DNA of 63,830 nucleotides, counting the filler, from Intoshia linei (lineage: Eukaryota; Animalia; Orthonectida): assembly GCA_001642005.1 (NCBI GenBank). It is 6 parts of 6 records of this genome, joined end to end, with 100 filler letters (N's around TTAATTAATTAA, not from the genome) between each part and the next. Parts side by side here need not be neighbours in the genome. Positions count along the whole stretch, not along the records: positions 53,642 to 60,103 come from LWCA01001666.1; positions 60,204 to 61,540 come from LWCA01002665.1; positions 61,641 to 63,830 come from LWCA01002391.1; 3 more parts are not named here. One strand, given 5' to 3'. Positions within the stretch are counted from its first letter, which is position 1, and each line of letters opens with the position of its first letter. Both the position numbers and the translations under genes were made by a program. Of this stretch, positions 55,227 to 63,830 are shown one piece after another. The notes beneath the pieces are model-generated. The model ran no database searches, was not told where the DNA came from, and saw only the letters and a program-made list of their open reading frames with translations.

Positions 55227-57718
55227 ATGGTAGATTCCAAAAAATTGCAAGGTGGATGGATTGTATTGTCCAATTAAAGTAATACTTTATTTAGTTGAAA
55301 TTGAAAAAACAATCAAGAAATCTGACGATTTGAATCTAAATTTCGATAATACCTTGAAAAAGGTTCATTTCAAAAATTTCAATAAAATTTACGTTGAATC
55401 ATTTTTTTGATGTAGATGTATATACCAACTAATAGCGAAAATAAAAAGAAAAAAATTATGACTGATTTGAGACGAGATGTTAAAAAAATGCATGTAAGTT
55501 TTAAAATTTTAATTTTATAATTATACGATTAATTAGAAATTTCTCGAAAATTTTAGAAATTGGCAAAAAAATGATATTTGTAAACAAAAAGAAATTTCTA
55601 AGCAAATTAGAGAAATTGAAGACGTAAGGATAATATAGATTAGTAATTTGTTTTAGTTAGAGCAGGGTGCACAACGTGCGGCCGTACGGCCGCATGCCGC
55701 CGTGAGAACGTTTATGTGCGGCCTTGGGAAATACATCTGATCATAATGCAATATATCATTTTACTTCAAATTTAAAAATTAAAATGAGATTTAATTCAAG
55801 GTCCATTTAAAATATTTTAATCAAAAATTTACATTTTTGACTTTGCCCCAGTTTCTCAAATGTTAGCGAAGGGCACATAAAATCAAGGCCGTTACTGATA
55901 TCTTTTTTTATGTCATTATTAATGTTTACATATTTTTTTATGTCTTCCACTCTAATGTATCAACAAATCGGTTTTTAATGGAACTTTTTTCTGTTGTCCA
56001 ATTATTATTAATTATTTACCGAAAAATTAATGATTAATGTTTTTTCAAAAAAATATCAGTAAAAGGAGATTTTTCAAATTTTTTTAAAATCAAGTTTTTT
56101 CTTATGGAATCAGTCAAAAGAATTATTGATCTAAAAATTTGGTAAAATGGAATTTTTTATAAAATATTTATAAAAGCGATTTTTTTTCGTTAAGGGTAGG
56201 TAAAATTTGGTTTTTTCTTTTGGAATCAGATAGGGTACTTTTTATTCTAAAACTATGGTAAAAATGGATTTTTAAAAAAAATATTGGTAAAAAGGGATTT
56301 CTTTTATAAGGGTTGGTAAAATTTTGGTTTTTTTTCATAAGGTTATATTAAATTGGATGATTTAATGAAATATGTTGAAAATTGTAGATTCGCCTACAAT
56401 TATCTAAATTTCGTATTTACCCCTTGGGGTGACTAGTCACTCCCATGAGAAGCACTGCATTAATCCTTCTATTGCTATTTATTACGATTCAGATAAATTA
56501 CAAATATGGTGTTAATTTAGATGAGTGAATTAAGGATTAATTTTAATTGAAAATTATTAATTAAAACTGGCTTATATTAAAATTTAAAGAAAACTACTTT
56601 ATTAGACCTAAAATTTAGGTTCAGAGTAAACTTAGAGTAATGTCGAAGTAAATTTTGTGCATGTAGTATCAATGAGAAAAGAAATTGTGGCTGAATTGGT
56701 GGAAAGGTTGTACACCCCTGAGTTAGAGGGTTCAATTAAGAGTAGTATAAGATGGTTTAGAAAATTAATGAATTAATTTCTCAATGAGACCAAATTATTG
56801 TACATTTTTATCACTCTTTATTTTTAATTTTAATTTCAGCGCGAAGTTAGTTTTAAGTCATTAGATTTAAAAACAGCCAATGCAGTCGTAGAGTCTGATG
56901 GAGAAGAAATAACCTGCTTATCGAATAACAATCAATTGGTTCGATGGATAGAACGATGTATTAAACAAATTTTATCTCATCAAGACAAAATTGTCATACA
57001 ATTGGACGGTCTTCAACACAGCAAACGAAAACGAGGCAGTCGTGAAAAACAACAAAAAATGGAAAATTATCGTAAACTTATTGAATGTCATGAATATCAT
57101 GCCAAATACTGTAGACTTATTCTTAAAGGTGTACATAATCATACCATAAAACTTTCTCAGGTAAATTTTTTTTATTTTTTTGGGTATTTGTCAAATAATT
57201 TGATGTGCAAGAATTTTTTTATTACCAAGAGTGTCAATATTCTAAAATTAGTATCTATTTATATAATTGTAGTCTAGGTTGAATATCTCATTCCCAAGCT
57301 TGATGATTATATTAGGAATAATGCTTACGATGAAAATAGCAAACTATTTTATGAAAGGTTGTATATATTTGAAGATGACTTGGATGCTGATAGTACTTCA
57401 ACTCAAAGTAAGGATTCTGATAAAGAACTGAATTCAGACACTGGTAAATATGCATTTAGTAATTCGTATGTGACAGTAGGTATGTTTTCTGGGTAAATAT
57501 TTTCGGGGGTATTTGATAAAAAATTAAAAAACTGGAATGGTTCTCTATGGAAATGATTATTTAATGATTTAATTAATGAAATGATTATATTCTTAGCTCG
57601 ATCTACATCTGTGGAATCTACAGTATCAAAACTAAGCAATTTAATTGCACCGTCTTCAAGTGAAACTATAGAAAACGAAACTAAAGATAATATACTTACA
57701 TATCTCTCAACCGAAGAG
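55227..57718 (+). CDS. CNOT3: Divergent CCR4-NOT subunit NOT3-like protein, N-terminal domain; 3' exons not in contig
   Basis: MVDSKKLQ|VEIEKTIKK...DLRRDVKKMH|KFLENFRNW...WIERCIKQI...HEYHAKYCRLILKGVHN...YIRNN is colinear with MADKRKLQGEIDRCLKK...DLKKEIKKLQR...W...HRYH..LETILR. Intron donor at 57719. Confidence 0.75.
55663..56720. mobile_element. hAT non-autonomous element in NOT3-like intron
   Basis: CAGGGTGCACAAC / GTTGTACACCCCTG, perfect 8-bp TSD AGTTAGAG, subterminal TGCGGCC repeats. Confidence 0.9.
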
Positions 57719-57737
57719 GTATTTTATATATATTATA

Positions 57738-58027
57738 CTCCCTCCGTTTCGAAATAATGTTTACAATATTATCATGAATTTTTGTTCCAAAATAATGTTA
57801 AAAATTCTAAACTTATATATTATTATTGAAAAACATTTATAGATTCTATTGAAATTAATTTTAATACTGTATTGGATAATTTAAAAAGGAAAAAATTATA
57901 TAAAAATTGTAATTTCAACAAATCAAAGAGCAGATCTAATTGAAAATAGAGTTTTAACGAAATTGTGTTAAAACTAGATTAAAAATGTATTTATAAGGAC
58001 AGTAAACGTAGATTTTTAGAGGAAGAG
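57738..58027. mobile_element. Stowaway-like MITE
   Basis: TA|CTCCCTCCGTTTCGAAATAATGTT left end. Degenerate right end AGAGGAAGAG|TA. Confidence 0.55.
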
Positions 58028-58036
58028 TATGTGATA

Positions 58037-58362
58037 TCCTTCTTTACTTATCTAATATGCTACGCAATATTTGTTTGTGTGTGTGTTCTACTTTATTTTA
58101 ATAACTACCAGTCTTATAATTATATAAAGTTCACATTTCAATTATAGTTTTTTCCGGGCGTGTTAGCAAAATAAATTTCAACCTCCCAAACTCACATTTT
58201 ACGGGTCAAAACACCAATTGGCGTTTATTTTGAAAATCAAACAAGTTGGAGAATTTAAAAAAATATATCTTCAGGGCCAAATTACAAATTACCACTATTT
58301 TTTTAATGAAAACAGCCCTATAATTTCAAAAAAATTACATGTGGTACAGTTGTATTTTGTAT
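58037..58362 (+). mobile_element. Helitron 5' fragment
   Basis: TCCTTCTTTACTTATCTAATATGCTACGC..TTTGTGTGTGTG leader and family body. Confidence 0.7.
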
Positions 58363-58369
58363 CCAGTTT

Positions 58370-59539
58370 AGTATTGTACTGTTGACAATGAAAGGTACCA
58401 TGAATTTTCATGTTTTTAGTGTCTCCATACCTCAATAAGTACTTCAATGTCCCTATTACCTCTTTTAACGCTTCCCTGAGACTGAAATTTTTTTAAAATA
58501 TTTCAGGAATCTGTTAAATCCTTAATATATTTTATTATGTCTCAGCGATATTGGTGCAAATACTTTTTTATTTTTGATATTCATGTCTTCGGCTAGTTCT
58601 TTGAATTTTGCAATACTTATCTTGTCTAAATTAAGTGTTTCAGTGTCAGGGTTGATGGTTTCTAATACACAGGTACGCATGGCAAAAAGAATTATCTGGT
58701 AATAAGAGGTTTCTTCAAATGTGTGGACTTTTTTAAAGTATAATCTCGTGACAAGGTACATGTAACAGTTCGGACTAGCAATAGCAAAGTAAGCGGATTT
58801 GGGGGCAAGGTTGAGGGATCTGTGATACCATACAAGACTTGTAGGCGTTTAATGCTTTGCTTTCAATAAAAGCATCTTTTTCAGTTCTGGGTGATCGAGT
58901 TTGTGAACATCATAGATACGATTCTAGAATGAGAACTACTGTCGTACATGGCCATGTATTCCGCCCACAAGTTGAGCGTTATAATGTCTTTCCCCCTCGT
59001 ACAGATGGTTGCCAATCGCAGAGATTTAATTGGTTCTACTATATTTGCATGCCCGAGGAATAAATCATAAATTGCGGTTAAAGTAATAATTGCTTGGTTA
59101 GAGGCAATAATCGACAATGAAATGTCTCCAACGTTCAAAGTGTCAACTTTGTCTGAAGGAAGCACCACATTACTGATTCTTAAGATTTTCATTAACCTTT
59201 TCAATCGTTCATGTCTTATAATTAGCTAAATCGGAATTGGAGTTTTTCTTAATCCTTAGGTGCGAAATATAGTATAATAGTATTCCGTATGTATACTTGG
59301 ACACATCTGGACAATCCACAGGATTTTCCAGAGTTTGGTTGGAGTCCTTTACATCAACAAATCTACCTAATCCTGACATTTCTCCTGCTTTGCATACACA
59401 TACAGTCCCCCAATTTACATTATATATAAAGGATACAAAATCTTTTTCGGTCAACAAAAACATGTAACTCGCGACAATTAATGGGTCCACTTGTTCGCTC
59501 GTCCCTATTTTAGCGTATAAGGATTATAAGGATAGCGAA
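58370..59539 (-). pseudogene. Endogenous rhabdovirus nucleoprotein (N) gene, disrupted
   Basis: Joining ORFs 59209-59490, 58881-59204 and 58522-58761 across stops and a frameshift gives IVASYMF...NW..VCKAGEMSG, LLYYISHLRI, LTAIYDLFL...SLRLATICTRGKD, ELKKML...TSLVWYHRSLNLAPKSAYFAIASP. These are colinear with vesiculovirus N motifs recalled as VNSYLY..W..GKAGDTIG, AAVDMFF..FRYGTIVSRFKD, EMVQMM..DSYMPYLIDFGLSSKSPYSSVKNP. Confidence 0.85.
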
Positions 59540-60103
59540 TTATATTATTGGATTTACTGATTTTAGTTTTAAATTTATATAAGCATTAACGAGATTGAAT
59601 AATTCAAGATAATCATCTCTCCACCTACCATTGATTTGCAGAAATAGAGAAATAGGAATAGTTCCATTATAATTGTTGGTTAAATTTATAAAGTTGTGTT
59701 TGAGAAAAGAAAGAAAAGGATAATTTATATCTGTATTAATGGATAAATTAAATATATCATTAAAAACATGTTTCACAATTAAATCTAAAATATGAAAGCG
59801 ACATCCTTCATACACAGGTATTTTATTTAAAGAATTTATTATCATTGTTACAGCTCCATTATTTGAACTCGTCGTATCTGTAATTATTATTTTTATTATA
59901 TTTTATATTCCATAAAAGGGGATTATCTCCATTACACTATCATGCATTGTAATTTCTCTCCCATCTGGCAATGCTTTTAATGCTATGCACATGGAAAAAT
60001 TATTTTCTCCTTACACACAAATAACAAACCTTTCCTGCCATTTATTTTCTCTGTTATAGTTTTGGGTTCTTTTAGCATCAAAATATAAGCACAGATTTCC
60101 ATC
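59540..60103 (-). pseudogene. hATm-like transposase fragment
   Basis: LYFDAK..ERFVICV, ITDTTSSNNGAV, YEGCRFHILDLIVK, WRDDYLELFNL. Same family as 23629-24850. Confidence 0.75.
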
Positions 60104-60203
60104 NNNNNNNNNNNNNNNNNNNNNNNNNNNNNNNNNNNNNNNNNNNNTTAATTAATTAANNNNNNNNNNNNNNNNNNNNNNNNNNNNNNNNNNNNNNNNN
60201 NNN
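60104..60203. other. Artificial contig spacer
   Basis: N-TTAATTAATTAA-N, 100 nt. Confidence 0.97.
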
Positions 60204-61540
60204 GAGAGTTGCCAATATAATTTTAATTTACATATTCCAAGTGTTTCGTTATTATAACATTTTTTTCGTAATTCCATCTTATTTAAATAAACTATTCCCT
60301 ATTTTATATTATAATTAAAAATCGAATCGCTTCGAAAACTGAGACCACTAAATGCTGTGTCAACCGTTTATATTTATCATAAAATCTTAAAGGATAGAAT
60401 CATTTTGATAAACCCTTTGTAAAGAAGTTTCGTGGTACCAATTTATTTTAGACTTAGAACTCTATTTTAGAAATACACACTTTTAGTGCTAATTGCCCAT
60501 CGAATTCTAAAATTTTCCAAAAAATGTGACACCCTAACGTGTACTGATGTACATACGTGTAGTGCAATTTATTTATGACCAAAAATTCAAAAGAAATATG
60601 AAATTTCCCAAAAATAATATGACTTTTTATGACAAATTCATTTATTATAGTACACCGAATCCCAAATGAAGATACTGGGACCCCTAGGGACTCAGAAAAT
60701 ATTTTAGAGTGCTAGCTCGTCTGATACTATGACTCATAAATTATATATATTTTTTAAAATTCCAAAAATGATTAAAAAAAATTAATTTGTAATAATATAC
60801 TTAGTTCCTTATGTATTTACGTCTATTTTAGTCTCTGTAATTTAAAGATTGTATATTAAATACAGATTACGCTCTTATTTCGTCAGTTCAATCATTAACG
60901 ATTTTTTAGATATCCATCTTGGGTCAAAGAGAGTTTTAACAATTTTTTAATTGATATGGTGTCATAGTTACACTAAATAAAATTATATAGGGTTCAAGAA
61001 TTTTTTTTAGCTTAGGATACTAACTGTGAAGTATGTTGGGAACCGCTGTTATAGTACAATAGAATATATTTACAAATATTTGTTTTAAAAAAATGTCTTT
61101 TGTCAGATATCTTCTTAAACCATGAAAACGGATCTTTTAACACGTGATGATGAGGTTTGACTGTTCAATAGCTGCGCAAAAGTTTTTGGTGATTTCATTT
61201 CACACAGTATAATTAAAAATTGTTAATTTATATTATCGGTTTAGGTATATTCGTTTGGGACAGTGCTTTCAAACCCATTTTGGTTGGCGACACACATTTC
61301 AATCTGAAAACTTTTTTCGACACACCAATCTATAAATATACTATTAATTCGTTAAAAAGAAATTTTTTCTAATAATAATCTATAATAAATATAAAATTAT
61401 TGCTTAACTATAGATTAAAAATAATTATATGTATAATGTTAATAAAAAAAATGTATAAATTGAAAGAAGTGTGAATAAAAGTGAATAAATACAAAAATAA
61501 TGAGATCATTTCAAATACATGTATAATATAAATGTTTATA

Positions 61541-61640
61541 NNNNNNNNNNNNNNNNNNNNNNNNNNNNNNNNNNNNNNNNNNNNTTAATTAATTAANNNN
61601 NNNNNNNNNNNNNNNNNNNNNNNNNNNNNNNNNNNNNNNN
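61541..61640. other. Artificial contig spacer
   Basis: N-TTAATTAATTAA-N, 100 nt. Confidence 0.97.
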
Positions 61641-62771
61641 TATTATTTTTGGGAAATGTCATATTTTTTTTGAATTTTTGGTCATAAATAAATTGCCCTA
61701 CTCATTATACATATATCATTTTAAAGGCAATATTCACATAAATATAGTATGAAATAATTAACTATGTATATTTATTTATGAAAAAATTATGTTAATTTAT
61801 ATTAATATTAATTTATGTTAATTGCATTTTTGTCAGTAAATATATTAACTACATAGTATTCATTAAAAACTGTAAGTAACTCAACAAAAAAGTATATAGA
61901 AATAAACAAATTTTATAAAATAATATTTTGTCAGTAAAAAAATTGAATTGTAATTTTGATGATTTTGGAGTGTCAGTATAAAAATTAAAAATCTAGTTTT
62001 TGAAATAATACATCATCCACTACAGACCCAAGTTAAAACTGAAATATTAAATTACTCTATTATACCTAAACCATATTACAAAAAAATTAGAAATATTCTA
62101 TGGTGTTCACACCAGAGAATATTTTTTTATGAAATATAATTTTTTGTCAGTTTCATTTTATACAGAACATTCAATTTAAATACTGACACTATATGTAAAG
62201 TACTAACAAAATAATTTTTTTTACTGCCCTTCTAATTTAAACACTGAAAATCAATTATTTATGCTGGCACCTTGTCAATTGGCACCTATAATAGTCTACA
62301 ATTAACCAACAAATCACCTACAATACTGAAAAATCAATGTTTCTACTGACAAATCAATAAGAAAAATACTGACGCGATAAATACACGCCATTTTAAAAAT
62401 TGTATGAATTTTCTATAGTAATTCCAAAAAACAAATTTCTTGTAGTAAAGTTTTAATTTGTACTGATTATCATAATGCACATTTTTCTCTATAAACAAAT
62501 TTCATATTTATTTTTTGTAATACAGGTTATTCTCGATATTTTGACAAAAATAGTTGCAAAAACTGTTCAAATAATCGCGAATAACTATAACAATCTAAAT
62601 CTTAATATTTATATAATAACTAGCTGACTGTTATGTACTACGTACAAACAGCACCTAGCTCTGCCGAGGCACATTTTTATTATACCAAAAAAATAAATTC
62701 ATGTTGAAAATCTAACTTAAAAATCCTACTTAAAGTATTATTTATATTAAAAATTATTTAATATTTTAGAG

Positions 62772-63140
62772 CAGTGTTTCCCAACCTATTTTGCGCTATC
62801 GCCCATTTTTTAGAATTTTATTTAATATAATATTTTTATCGCTCAGTCGCATTATTATTCTAACAATTCTTCTTGACATGCAATATCAGCAGAAAATGGA
62901 TCGGTCATCCAATCATTTATTTTTAGATCTAATATGTCAATTAATCTACCTTCTATGTTTTTTTTGAGATTATTGATGTGATTAACATATCTCTTTATAT
63001 CAGTACAATTTATTTCGTTTTTTATAGAAAGTAATCTAAGAAATTGGTATAATTCCTTTTTTGCTAAATTATAACTAAAGATTTCTAATTTTTTAATAAA
63101 CAGAGATAATTTTGTTGCACATATCAATAGCAATGCAATA
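62772..63140 (-). mobile_element. Buster/ZBED8-type hAT relic with TIR
   Basis: FIKKLEIF..NL..ELYQF..L...HINNLKKNIEGRLIDILDLKINDWMTDPF...QEELLE. TIR CAGTGTTTCCCAACCT at 62772. Confidence 0.75.
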
Positions 63141-63430
63141 TCAATATCAATAGAGTGTTAAATTATTTCCTACAAGGAAACATACTACACAGATAATTGG
63201 TGTTAGATAACTTATATTGTCAAACTCTTAATAAATTAATTATCGTTCAATTTAATTCAATTTTTTTTTATTTGATAAAATTAAAAATATATATTTTTTT
63301 ATATATTTTTGCATCGCTAAGTAAAAAAGTCAAATCGCAAACTAGTGGGCGATAAATTTGTATCGTTAAATCATTTGGATCAATTTAAAACTTCATTATT
63401 TTTAAAATCAAATTTAACCAGTCATATTAA

Positions 63431-63600
63431 CCCTTTCACTGTCTGATACTATTTTATGATGTATTACCACGTCTGGAATGTATGTTTTAATTTAAACTTG
63501 TATTATTTTTAAATTACCTATGTGAAAATGTATGAAAATAAAAGAATAAAGTTTTTCAAAATTATGCTGTGTATAGTATAGAATTTAGACAGTGAAAGGG
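63431..63600. mobile_element. piggyBac MITE
   Basis: TTAA|CCCTTTCACTGTCT ... AGACAGTGAAAGGG|TTAA. Confidence 0.92.
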
Positions 63601-63830
63601 TTAAAAAATATCGCAGTGTTAAAGTTATAATGTTCTATCTGCACAAACATAGTTTTTCATAAATCGACTTTAAAGTTTAAAAGTACTATATTGCCTAAAA
63701 TATAATTTTTATGTTGAATTTTAATTATACAATTTAATTTTTTAATATTTGTTAAAGTATATTTAAAAGTTTCGTTCGATAAAAATAAAAACATAAGGGT
63801 TTTTCAGAACTTAAATTTCACTAATGGAAC

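Noticed and set aside
58404-58414. CATGAAAA on the minus strand after the N fossil as a rhabdovirus gene-end signal
   Set aside because: Only four A residues instead of seven, and the true N stop cannot be fixed. A chance match is likely.
60560-61700. Inverted repeat pair 60560-60620 / 61641-61700 as one element
   Set aside because: The two arms are on different contigs. They are TIRs of the same family, but linkage cannot be shown.

Overview
This is AT-rich eukaryotic (animal-like) DNA, not prokaryotic. It uses the standard code, has very short GT-AG introns (mostly ~33-45 nt) and carries centriole/cilia genes. That profile fits a compact parasite genome such as the orthonectid Intoshia linei, but the host is my inference only. 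The window is six contigs joined by artificial 100-nt N/TTAATTAATTAA/N spacers, so adjacency across spacers has no meaning. Manually spliced host genes: SAS-4/CENPJ, a CCDC42/CCDC197-like coiled-coil protein, LRRC74-like (LRR+EF-hand), PHTF, ALG3, a very divergent NOT3-like gene, tRNA-Asn, and a ~39-exon secreted CXXC-repeat surface protein ending in a Ly6/uPAR domain plus GPI signal. Introns and intergenic DNA hold many non-autonomous Helitrons and hAT, Tc1/mariner, pogo and piggyBac relics or MITEs. Highlights: (1) an intact, intronless 1136-aa ORF with totivirus-like capsid motifs, plus a decayed paralogue on another contig; (2) a disrupted endogenous rhabdovirus nucleoprotein gene; (3) the VSP-like gene built largely of symmetric phase-1 one-repeat exons, a candidate surface-diversification system. 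All homology calls rest on remembered family motifs and need HMM or structure confirmation.
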